The translations under genes were made by a program, and so were the position numbers. The notes beneath the pieces were generated by a model, which saw only the letters and a list, made by a program, of their open reading frames with translations, did not search any database and was not told the origin of the DNA. This document shows, one piece after another, positions 49,834 through 60,700 of a stretch of 64,000 nucleotides of DNA. This stretch comes from Anthoceros angustus (taxonomy: Eukaryota > Plantae > Anthocerotophyta), in the NCBI GenBank assembly GCA_010909165.1, contig VJWM01000025.1:1736001-1800000 (forward strand), read 5' to 3'. Every line of letters starts with the position of its first letter. Position 1 is the stretch's first letter.

Positions 49834-50910
49834 TCAGCGCTTTGAGAAACGGCGGTCATTCCTCATGTTGTTATCACCTCTCCTGGGAGGCGAGAGGAGT
49901 TCGGTGTGTTTCATGGAGGACTTGCTGACCATCTTCGGGACCTCTTCAACTTGGAGGTCCTTGCCGAGCACTGTTACCCTCCCCTACTCTCTGTCCACCA
50001 TGAACGAGGTGAAATCTGCATCATACGAAGAAGCAAGAGGAATCAGGTGAGCAGGAGCTGCCATCATATTGAAGTTTGAATAAACCAAGGCTGTTTGTGC
50101 TTCAACTCACCGGAGTCGTCGGACAAAACGCTCCTCACTCAGTTCTCGCACGCCTCGTAGCACATGAGGCATTTGAGCTCTACCAGCTGGTTAAGACGTG
50201 GCCCAGGCCAGCTTCCGTTAGAGTCGCAATCATTTTATGACGATAACATCGAATGTAAATTTGCAAGCGAGATATGCACGACATCCGTATCAGAGCTAGC
50301 CGGGAGATGGAAGGAGGGAAGGAAGCGATATCAATTTCAACAACGTTAACCCATCACAGCTAACCACAGTCTTGATCCTCCTGTCACCATTGACGCCACC
50401 ATTGTCGGGAGCATTGGGATCATACCAGCGCGCGGCGCGCACGTTCTCGTGCAGCCCGTAGAAGAACTGCACAAATGTATGGAACAACTCCAACCTCAGA
50501 AGAGCCTGAAGCGGGAAAAGGGTCACAGTGCTCCACTTCGAGATGTGGCAAACTGGTAGCATATGCATGCAAGGCAGGCACACAATTGCAACCTTCCTAG
50601 GCAGGAACGAGGAAGGCAGGACAACTAGGGCAGGCCAGGGGCAGCTATGCTACCGTTTACTAGCAGAGGAGGCAGCATCCAGAGAGATAGAAGTACAAAC
50701 ATCGAGCACACAGGACAATGCGCATTAACCCATGCCACAAAATGTTCATTGGGTCGGAAAGAAGAGCTCCGGGGAGAAGAGTAGGCACGGAGAGCAGCAA
50801 GACAAAGCACAACACAGCACAACAGTCCAGGGTTGGAAGGAAAGACTCCGCCTCAGCCAAGCTCTGGCAGCTACCTAGTACATGGCCCGCGCCTCGTTAG
50901 GGAGGCTCAT
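49834..50910 (-). pseudogene. HMA-domain gene copy A (pseudogene)
   Basis: Same four-exon layout as copies B and D, but with premature stops at 50875-50877, 50139-50141 and 49984-49986, and a Cys-to-Tyr change in the metal motif (MCYEAC). Confidence 0.85.
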
Positions 50911-51499
50911 GGCGTCTGCAGGATCCAAGTGGCTGAGGACAGGAAGAAGCTGAGGGCCCGGAGCCACAGGGCACTGCGCCAGCTTCTGGTGATGGCGGAA
51001 ATATTGGAAGGGGAGAGGGCAGGGGGGAGCTTAGCAGCGAGGCCAGGCCAGCGAGCTGGAATCCCAGTGTGATGGAGGGTGGAGGGAGCCGTGTCTTATG
51101 AAGGACCAGGGACCGGGGAGCTCCCCGGTCCCGGGTGGCCAATGGGACCTGGCATGCTTATCGGGCCCGAGTTCATGGTACCTTGAAAGCAGAGCAACTA
51201 GCATTAGCTGGCAGGTTGCCCATGAATTGACACATGCTCTTCTAACTGCGTCCTTGTTTAGCATAAGTGCACCTACAACACTGATGCTGACGAGCTCGGA
51301 CCTCTCTCTCTCTGCTAGGGCAGTTTGCTCGGTGCCGGTGGTTAGATCCACTGGGGTCCATTGCACTTATCCGTTGCGTCGCATTTTTGTATAGTGCATC
51401 ATTCTAGCATCTTGGTATTAATGCTTTTACGTTACAAGTTTTACCTTTATGATATGATATACGGGATGGGTCCATATATTTACCACGTTACAAGAAATG

Positions 51500-52045
51500 G
51501 ATATTCGATTTGTCGACAAAGACCGAACTAGTTTTTATGTATTCACTTTCTAATGCAGCATCGACTCGACTCATTGAACAAGGAAACTAGATTTTTGTAA
51601 TCACTTCCAATGGAGGATCGATTCAACAAAGTCTAGATTTTGTGCAATCATTTCATATGGAAGATTATTCATCATATACTTATACACTTTCCAAATAAAA
51701 GATTGATTTATTAAAGATGAAACTAGATTTTATGTAAAGAACATGAAGGAATTAGACTTTACAGAGTTAACTTGATCCAATGGGTCATTCACACTTTCGT
51801 AGTGTGATATCATTTGAGGGGATATCGGATGTACCATTGACTGATATTCTACAATGTCACAAAGATGGGTAGATTCATCAAAGACAAAACTCGACTTTAT
51901 GTAACATCCATTTGTCAAAAGCTGATATTTCATAATATAAAACAGATGGATAGATTCATCAAAGACAGAACTAGACTTTATATAACATCTATTTGTCAAA
52001 AGCTGATATTTTACAATATAAAAAGATGGATAGATTCATCAAAGA
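51500..52045. repeat. Degenerate AT-rich ~50-bp repeat family; a related block lies at 59090-59260
   Basis: Recurrent gattcatcaaagacaaaactagattttatg-type units upstream of HMA copies A and D. Confidence 0.7.
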
Positions 52046-52586
52046 CAGAACCTGACACAATATAGTGAATGCGGAGGAATATGCCCGTCATACACTTCTA
52101 GGGTCATCCGGTCATTCATGCGAGAGAAACTAGTTTTGCTCTATTTATAATTTCCTCTAAACTTCTATATTATTTGTAATTTTCTCTAAAATTAAAAAAC
52201 AATAGGATATACATACAAAATATTTATAATTATAAATACAATCGAAAGTATATATAAAGAGTACATAAAGACCGATGTGTCCACTCATGGAAGCAACTTG
52301 ATGAGCTGGTTTGAGCGTACGTCCGCCCGATTTCAGGATGTCCGGTGCAGAATGGTTCCTTGTGCTGCCCGGGTGAGGGCCGTACAACTTCCCTCCACTT
52401 TTTGGTGCCTTTTCCCACTCCATCCTGCCCTTCTCCTTCCGGTTGCCGTCTCTGCCCTTGCTTCGTCGGAGAGCGACTTCCATTCCACGCCGCCAAGCTG
52501 GGACTCCTGTGCGCCCGCGCTTGGAGTTACCCCGGATTGGATCCGTCGAGGTAGAGGATTGAGTCGTGTGTGTGCAGGAAGCAAGC

Positions 52587-53548
52587 ATGAGTCAGCCGCC
52601 TTCCTCCGGATCCGACGCGTGGGCCGTGTATCAGGTAGCTTGGGATCGTGGTTTCGGGCTTCTGCCTCTTGACGTTACCAGATCCTTTTGCTTTCCACCT
52701 CCAAATTTGGTTTCTGGTTGGTTGATTCCCTTTGCAATGCAGTCTGAGACTTCGTAGACAGTTTGAGGCTTCGTTAACTCCTTTCCTGGGCGATTTCAGC
52801 CCCGAGTTGATCTCACAGTTGTCTGCCTGCGGAGTTCTCTCGATGCCTGACTTGTATGATGCTTTTGCGCCATATTGTGAAGCGGTGGATTTTGAAGCAG
52901 ACGTTTTCTGAGGAGTGATGGGCTTTTGCAGTTCTTTCACGGCGCGTACGACCCCGTGCAGGCAGCCCACTGGTATGAGTCGTCGGTCGCTCAAAAGAAG
53001 AAGAAAGACCAGAAGGAAGAGGCTAAGCCGAAAACCGTGGTAACGGAGAAGTCTGCTTCAAATCCTGACTGCTTGAGCCTTTGATTGCGAGCATTGATTC
53101 CGCGTGCTGAAGCCTGCTGTATGTGCTGCGTCTCGACAGATATCGTTTTTGTTTTTTGTGACCATGATCGAAGCTAACCACGGCCCCGTCGGCTTCCCCG
53201 TTTGCAGAATGTGGAATTGCTTTGCCACATGTGCTGCGAAGCATGCGCGAAGAAAGTGAGGACTGCTCTCAATGAAGAAGAAGGTGAGTTGAACGGCAGG
53301 ACAGCCATTCCATTCATACAAGCTTGTATGTTGCACTCTGAGATATCTATCTGTCGGCTCTTACGCTTGTGTGCTCTTGTTTGGCAGCCATCACCTCTCA
53401 CACGGTGGACCTTGGGCTAAGCAAGGTCACCGTGAGCGGGCACAATTTGAAGCCCCAGGACGTGCTGAAGATTGTCGCCAAGGCTGCAGGGAAGCCCACG
53501 GAGTATTGGCCCAAGTCCAGCAAGAAGAACAAACGCCACAAGAAGTGA
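52587..53548 (+). CDS. Heavy-metal-associated (HMA) domain protein, copy B, non-prenylated HPP type, ~130 aa; exons 52587-52634, 52932-53039, 53208-53283, 53388-53548
   Basis: MSQPPSSGSDAWAVYQ / FFHGAYDPVQAAHWYESS...KPKTV / NVELLCHMCCEACAKKVRTALNEEE / AITSHTVDLGLSKVTVSG...VLKIVAKAAGKPTEYWPKSSKKNKRHKK*. Splice phases are consistent and there is no CaaX. Confidence 0.88.
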
Positions 53549-54219
53549 GCTGCAGCGCCGTTGATGAAGTTGGGCGGTAACACTTGTGTAGGAAGCAGTA
53601 GCGCCTACAGGGCCTGTACAGGGGAACAGGTTCCAACTTCCCGCCTCCCCGAGTCTGGAGGTGACCCGGGTATATCACATTTGCTAGCGGGAAACAGACA
53701 CAACTTCGCTTGCGTGGTGACGGATAGATAGGTAGCTCACAAGGAGGGTTTAGCCCTTGAGACGCTGAGTGGGTTACAAATCTACAAACATCAAACGATA
53801 TTTGCGATATCTAAATATTTTATTTCAGACGTATATTTTTATTGATTTTATATGCTAGTTCCGGGACGACAGGTGGGGACTTTTCAAGTAGGTGCGTAAC
53901 TTTCACCCCCATTAGAAAGGAGCTTCGATCTTCTGGTACAACAAAACACTGCTGTGATCCACAATTGCTACTCTGCTGTCTATGGACGTTCTGCCAAGTC
54001 CATGGGCTAAACTACCACACCAGCAAGGGCGGCTGCGATTGTGTGCTTCCAAGCACGTGCTGGCTCTGAGACAGCGACAAACACTCACCAAACTCTTCTA
54101 AAAATCCGACAAGTACTGCACACCAGACGACTGCAAGTCCGGCAGTGGGATGCTCTGGCATGACACACGGAGGGCCCCGCCAGGGGACGGCGCCCCTACT
54201 TTCACCTGAAACCTGAAAT

Positions 54220-54660
54220 TACCATGGCTGGACAGCTTGCACTCTGAAACCTGAATCTTACCATGGCTGCATACCTGCCTGCAATCTGACACCTGAAACT
54301 TACCATGGCTGCACAGCTTGCAATCTGAAACCTGAATCTTACCATGGCTGCATACCTGCAACCCGGCAACCGGAAATTTACCATGGCTGCATAGCTGCAA
54401 CCGGAACTCTACCATGGCTGCATAGCTGCAACCTGAGAGACTTGCCATGGCTGCATAGCTGCAACATGAAAGACTTACCATGGCTGCATAGCTGCAACCT
54501 GCAACCTGAAAGACTTACCACGGCTGCCTAGCTGCAACCTGCAACCTGAAAGACTTACCACGGCTGCCTAGCTGCAACCTGCAACATGAAAAACTTACCA
54601 TGGCTGCATAGCTGCAACCTGCAACCTGAAAGACTTACCAGGGCTGCATGGCTGCAACCG
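54220..54660. repeat. Minisatellite (~30-37-bp unit, about 13 copies) in the 3' flank of HMA copy C
   Basis: ttacca(t/c)ggctgcatagctgcaacctgaaagac-type units. Confidence 0.9.
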
Positions 54661-54939
54661 AAGACTGTGAGATTCGTTCGTCCACGGAATCTCATCCATC
54701 CCATTTACAAGTATGCTGACCACAGCTCCGTCAAAGTATGCATGCCATCGTGAGCTGCAGCACCCACAATTTCAGTCATCGAACTGATGGTCGATTGAGC
54801 GCAATGAGGTTTCCATTCCAGCCCTGCAAGAGAAATGCATGACCAAATTCAAGGAGTGTGCGGGAACTTGAGATGCAAACAGCACTTTGAAGACTGGCAG
54901 TCATTCCTTGAGCCCAACACTTCAAGCAATGAAGTCATT

Positions 54940-55920
54940 CCTTGAGGAATGATCCAAGGCATTTTTCCAGGGTTGAGTCACCGCACACAGTCACCTTCCT
55001 CAGCTCTGTCCACCATGAGCGAGGTGACATCTGCACAGCCAAGCGTCGGTATCATGATCAGGTGATAAGGAGAGGGATGCCTTTCAGTTACCAAAGCTGT
55101 TGGTGCTCCAGCTAACTCACCGAAGTCGTCGAACAGGGCGTTTCTCACTCTCTTCTTACACGCCTCGCAACACATGAGGCATTTGAGCTCCTCCGTCTGC
55201 TCAGCATGCGGCGGCCCTCAGCTTTCAAGCTCTACAAGGTAACATGACGATGACAGCGAACGTTTGCAAGCGGGATATGGCATTTCAGAGGGGAGTTCGA
55301 AGGAAGCGATTTCTTGAGAGGACTTCACAACTTACCACATGCCGAGTTGGTCTTCCTGTTGCTAATGACACCGTCACCGTCATAACTGTTGTCGGGAGCA
55401 CATGGATCATATCAGCGCGCAGCACGCACGTTATCGTGAGGTCCATAGACGAACTGCGAAAATTGATGGAACAACTCCGACGTCAGAAGGGCCTGACGCT
55501 GGAAATTGGGCACAATGTGTGACACTTCAAGCTGCGGCAAAAGCAGCAGGCAGGCAGGCGATTGCAAGCTTCCAAGGCAGGAACAGGAGATTGAGGGACA
55601 GCTAGCACGGGACAGGGCCAGCTATGCTGTTTACAAAAGGGGGAGGGAAAGCATCCAGATCGACATAAACCGACATGATCGATCAGTGCACACAGCACAT
55701 AGAAGATCTGCCGGGAAAAGAAAGGCCTGGAAAACAGAGCAGCAAACCAAAGCACAGCACATCACATCACATCACATCACAGCAGTCCAAGGGTTCGAAG
55801 AAACGACTCCACCTTGAGAGGGATGTGAGGGGCCAAAGCTGCATACACGCATTGCGTTCAGACGCTGGCGACGGCGGATTGCGAGGGGCGAGAGGAAGGA
55901 ACTTGGCGGCGATGCCAATT
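54940..55920 (-). pseudogene. HMA-domain gene copy C (pseudogene; exon 1 missing)
   Basis: FVYGPHDNVRAAR*(TGA 55412-55414)YDP / TEELKCLMCCEACKKRVRNALFDDF / DVTSLMVDR, followed by a 2-nt deletion at ~55005. Intron and 5' homology to copy D continues to ~55920, but the start exon is absent. Confidence 0.82.
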
Positions 55921-56629
55921 CAGGAGGTGCCTAACCCGAGGTGCCTAATTAACCCTTGACCAACTGAGAATGGATGTTTTTCTTCGCGGAAAACTCAGAT
56001 TCGATGTTGCAAAGCGGTACAAAGTTTATAGCTAGTTCTTGAGGTTATATTTAATTTAAGATTAAATACTTTATACATATTTTATCGAAGTCCGCATTGG
56101 GAATTTGAATCGAGGTAACCAGTACATCACTAACAACTAGCGGCCTAGCACATGAGAGGTAGGGGATGATCATTAACCATCCAAGATGTTTATATGTAAC
56201 TAAGGATAGGTGATAACCATCTGACACTAATCCATCTGAAGGGCGCTTAGCTGGGGAATTCCCATGAGCCCGTACATGGATATGGGTTCATTGGAAGGGA
56301 GGACAGTTGGGTAGCATTGGATGAGAACTTCCCAAGAAGTCGGATTGTAAAAAAACCCACCCTTGAGTGGGATCACTGTTGGGATGGGGTGCCATCCATC
56401 CCCTGTTGTGAAAAGGCCCACCCTTGAGTGGGATCACTGTTGGCCTGTAGCAAGCGTGCAGAGACAGCGACATTGACTCCCCTAATCCGACCATGTACTG
56501 CACGTTTGTCAGCATGTCAGACTGCAAATCCGGCACTGCTAGGGAGTGGGATGCTCTGGTTTGGTTTCACCTGGTACCAGAAGGTGGCATGGCACGCGGA
56601 GGGGGCCCCCCGGGGGTGCCTCCCCAAAT

Positions 56630-56810
56630 TTACTATAGCTGCATAGCTGCAACCAGAACTTTACTATGGCTGCATAGCTGCAACCAGAACTTTACTATGG
56701 CTGCATAGCTGCAACCTGAAATTTACTATGGCTGCATAGCTGCAACCTGAAAGACTTGCCATGGCTGCATAGCTGCAACCTGACATCTACCTTGGCTGCA
56801 TCTACAGGTG
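56630..56810. repeat. Related minisatellite (about 5 copies) in the 3' flank of HMA copy D
   Basis: tttactatggctgcatagctgcaacc(a/t)gaa units. Confidence 0.88.
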
Positions 56811-57163
56811 CAACCTAAGTGATATTAATTACATCCGCTATCACAAAAACCCATATTAGCAATGTCTGTAATCTACTACATACATAATTGTACAGCATTG
56901 CCAGTGGAGCAGCGTCCTGGGAATCGCATCCACCCCATTCTCAAGTACGCTGACTGCAGTTCCGTCAAAGTAAGCCTGGCCCCCTGGCCCATCGGCCCAT
57001 CGCGAGCGGCAGCTGGAAGAATTCGCAGACATGGAATTAATGGTTGATTGTGCCCAGTCAGGTTTCCATCCAGCATGGCAGGTGCAAGCAAAGCGAGATG
57101 CGAGATTTTGAAAGAGAAATGCATGACAGGTCGAAGGCGCGTGTAGGAACCTCAGCACACGTT

Positions 57164-58204
57164 TCAATAACGGCGGTCATTTCTCGAGTTGTTATCGCCC
57201 CTCCTGGAAACTGGCCAGAACTCGGTAGTGTTCTTGGAGGCCTTGCGGACGATCTTCAGCACTTCTGCGGCCCGCAAGTCCTCACCACTTACAGTCACCT
57301 TCCTCAGCTCTCTGTCCACGGTGAACGAGCAGACATCTGCACAGCCAAGCGTCGGCATGTAACGAGGTGATCGATTACAGCGGGCCGGGATGAGCTAGCC
57401 TTTAAGCTATACCAAAACTATCGGTGCCCCAGCTAGCTAGCTCACCGGAGTCCTCAGACAGAGCGTCCCTCACTCTGTTCTCGCACGCCTCGCAACACAT
57501 GAGGCATTTCAGCTCCACCGTCTGCTCAACACACCGCGGCCGTCAGCTTCCACGCTTTACAAGGTTTACAATTTGACGATAACAAGCGGGATATGGCATT
57601 TAATTTCAGCGGGGAGCTGGAAGCAAGCTGCACTTTCAAGAGGACTTCACAACTCACCACGGACTTGCTCCTCCTGTTTCCAGTGCTACCGGCGCCGTCA
57701 TATCTGTAGTCGGAAGCGTATGGCTCTTGCCAGCGCGCGGCTCGCACGTTATCGTAAGGTCCATAGAAGAACTGCACAGATTTACGGAACAAGTCCGACG
57801 TCAGAAGGCCCTGACGCTGGAAACCGGTCGCAAACGTTTGACACTCCGAGGTCCGGCAAAAGCAGCAGGCGCCGGGCAGACAGGCAATTGCAGGCTTCCA
57901 AGGCAGGAACGGGGAAGGTGGGACATGTGCTAGCGCGGGACAGGGCTAGCTATGCCGTTTACAAGTGGAAGGGGGAGCATTCAGCAGAATGACAAGAAAC
58001 TTGTACCAACATCCTACAAACATGCAACAGCGCACTGAAGAGCCGGGGGGAAGGTGTGGAAAGCAGAGCAGCAAAGCAAAGCAAAGCACAGCGCTAATGC
58101 TAGCGCAGCAGTCCAAGGGCAGGAAGCCAAGACTCCACCTTGCGAGCTGTAGAGATGGCACCAACCTCATACAGGGCCCACGCCTCGTTAGCCGGGAGAC
58201 TCAT
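57164..58204 (-). CDS. HMA-domain protein, copy D, non-prenylated HPP type, ~133 aa; exons 58204-58166, 57771-57658, 57521-57446, 57336-57164
   Basis: MSLPANEAWALYE / FFYGPYDNVRAARWQEPY...KSV / TVELKCLMCCEACENRVRDALSEDS / DVCSFTVDRELRKVTVSGEDL...VLKIVRKASKNTTEFWP...DRRY*. Exon lengths fit the reading frame. Confidence 0.88.
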
Positions 58205-58379
58205 CGTCTCAGAGTTGGAGAGGCCTGTTGAAGAGGCCTGTCGCTGCTGGATGTGCGGGGCTGAAGCTCGGCGACCAGTGCGGGCGATGGCGGATGGCTA
58301 GAGGCGAGAGGGAAGGGGGCCCGGGGGAGCTTGGCGGCGATGCCAAGCGAATGAGCGAGGTGAGGCCAGAATGGAGGCA

Positions 58380-58640
58380 TCCTTGTCTTATAAAGGGGAG
58401 TGCGAGCGTTCCCAGTTCGCCGTTCCCCGTTCTCCGTTCCCGGGAAGGGAAGGAAAGCCAAGGGAACCAAACACGCGTTCTCCCCAAGTTAAGTTTACCG
58501 TACCGTGAAGGCAGAGCAACCAGCACTAGCTGGCCCGTTGCCAGTGAATTGACACACGCTCTTCCGACCACGTCATTACTTTGGCATAAGTGCCCTTCAC
58601 AACCCCGAGATGCCTGATGTTGACAAACCCAGAGCTTGGC
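58380..58640 (-). promoter_or_regulatory. TATA-like box and conserved upstream block shared by HMA copies D and A
   Basis: Minus-strand cctttataag at ~58385-58395. The block gcagagcaac-agca-tagctggc...tgaattgacaca-gctctt...gcataagtgc is shared with 51185-51280. Confidence 0.55.
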
Positions 58641-59688
58641 GAGTGGCGGCCAGCGCCTGCTCTTCCTGGTGCGGGTGGTTGAATGGAGTGGGTGGTCCGT
58701 TGCAATTTGCACTTGTGTATGTATAACTTCAAGTAATCCTTGCTGAATGATGACTTGAGTACATACATATATATGTACATACGTAGAAGTTCATGCAAGC
58801 AATTTCTGAGTTTGATGTTTCATCCTTAGATCACTGAAAATGTCACACCTCGTATCTTCCTTGGTGGCTTGGGATGGTGGGACCCCAAGGGAGTGTAACG
58901 TCCCTCTTTTCCTCTCCGCACCCTCTTCCTTCCCTCCCTTACCGTTCCCCCTTTCCTCCCTCTCTAACCGTGCCCACTTCCTTCCTTCCCGCTTTTCCGT
59001 AGTTCACAAGTATGTTTTCTTCTCGTTTTGTGAAAGAGAGACTTTTGCACGCCTTCAATTACTCTAATTTTATGCCATCACTTTCCTATATAGGATAGAT
59101 TCATCAAGGTAAAACTACATTTTATGCAATCACTTTTCTATGAAGGATCGATGGATTCATCAAAGACAAAACTAGATTTTATGCCATCACTTGCAATGGT
59201 GGATCCATCTTCAAAGACGGAACCAGGTTCTAGTCATCACTTTAAGTCCATTCATAAAAAATGAACCTAAATTATAAAAATAATATGAGAAAATTAGACT
59301 TTATGGCAATGGTTCTACTGTACTTTGTTCTTAGGTTGTGTCCATATCTTTGAATTCAATCATCACTCAAAATAATAGATGTGGTCCATGTTTTTTAGTT
59401 CCACATTTGATTTATGCATACCTAGGCTTGTGAGTATTACAAGTAAGACCCCAGCACCGTAGTAATTATGGTGGTAATTATTGTCCTAAAAAAAATGGTA
59501 TATTATAGTTACATTTATAGTAATAAAAATATAATTACATGATAGTTAATTACCTATTTATTTTAAATTATGTATGTATATAAAAAGAATATTTATATTT
59601 TACTATCATAGTAATTATGGTAGCAAGATAAGATAAGATGACCTAACGAATTGTGGAATGCGGGTGGTGGCGGCATGAAGGAGGCTTT

Positions 59689-59962
59689 TGCGAGAAATAT
59701 GGATCGTGGAGCAAAGAGCCACATGCTTTGTTTTTGCAAGAAATATGGATCGTGGAGCAAAGACCCACATGCTTTGCTTTTGCGAGAAATATGGATTGTG
59801 GAGCAAAGATTCACATGCTTTGTTTTTGCCAGAAATATGGATCGTGGAGCAAAGACCCACATGCTTTGCTTTTGCGAGAAATATGGATTGTGGAGCAAAG
59901 ATCCACATGCTTTGCTTTAGCGAGAAATATGGATCGTGGAGCAAAGACCCACATGCTTTGCT
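59689..59962. repeat. 46-bp tandem repeat (6 copies) with an internal inverted repeat
   Basis: gcgagaaatatggat(c/t)gtgg-AGCAAAG-acccacatg-CTTTG(C/T)T-tt. Confidence 0.92.
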
Positions 59963-60109
59963 TATAAAAACACGACACTCCACTGAAGATCAAGGGGGAG
60001 TTGCACAAGGATGTGAAGACCAGGTTTGCTAGCTTTGTTTAAGCATGAGTAGCTTGATAGCTAAAACGCACGTCATTCTCACATAAAGTTTTGGAATTGC
60101 GCATGGGGT

Positions 60110-60700
60110 GACAAATAGTGGTGGAACATTTTGGCTGATGCAGATTGGATGTTAGAGAAGCTGGATCATGCATATTTCAACGAGTAGATTATTGTCACTT
60201 TTGGTCAATTGCTAACACAAGATGGTGATCTTAGACAAAGGGGGAGTAACTCAGCTCTGTATGGGGAGTAACTCTGCTATGTTCTTTGAAATTGTTTTGC
60301 ACTTGCTGGATTTGTGGGTTGCATGCAAGGAATTTGATTGGCATGATTGCTTTATTTCTGCTGTGATGTTAGATCCGAAGCATAGGAAGTTGTTACATAG
60401 CGTATGCTGCCTAGCATTTCACTAGGTGATAGATTGAAAGGTGAGTAGGTCATGAAGCAATTGGCACCTAACGCTAGAGAAGCTCATTGCGTTTTGTTGC
60501 AGTTCGATCACTATCGCCTTATACCTGGTAAGTTATGCATTGATGAGGAGATGCATTTCCAAGAAGAGTTGATGTATAACAGTGTGGAATGGTGGGAAGA
60601 GTATGGAGGGACACGCATGGAAACATGTCTAGCGTAATAATAGAGCAAGAACTATGTTGGACAAGGTTGGTATGCTTGTTTATGTCTACAATAACAATAG
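60110..60700 (+). mobile_element. Degenerate hAT-superfamily transposase fragment (C-terminal / dimerisation region)
   Basis: Frameshifted, stop-containing pieces WNILADADWMLE...QDGD..., FISAVMLDPKH and MYNSVEWWEEYGG resemble the hAT LDP and WW-x-x-YG motifs. Confidence 0.6.

Noticed and set aside
54098-54481. Cys-rich ORFs (…CSHGK… / …SYAAM…)
   Set aside because: They are translations of the minisatellite, whose unit lengths vary out of frame.
50878-58185. GC-AG donor at the end of HMA exon 1 (AACGAG|gc)
   Set aside because: Comparison with copy B shows exon 1 extends to a normal GT donor in phase 0.
58841-58905. LTR-start-like words tgtcacacc and tgtaacgtccc
   Set aside because: No second LTR, PBS, PPT or internal coding remnant was found.
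59689-59962. Overlapping ORFs and a CRISPR-like look in the 46-bp array
   Set aside because: The period is not a multiple of three and the units are near-identical, so the ORFs are by-products of the repeat.
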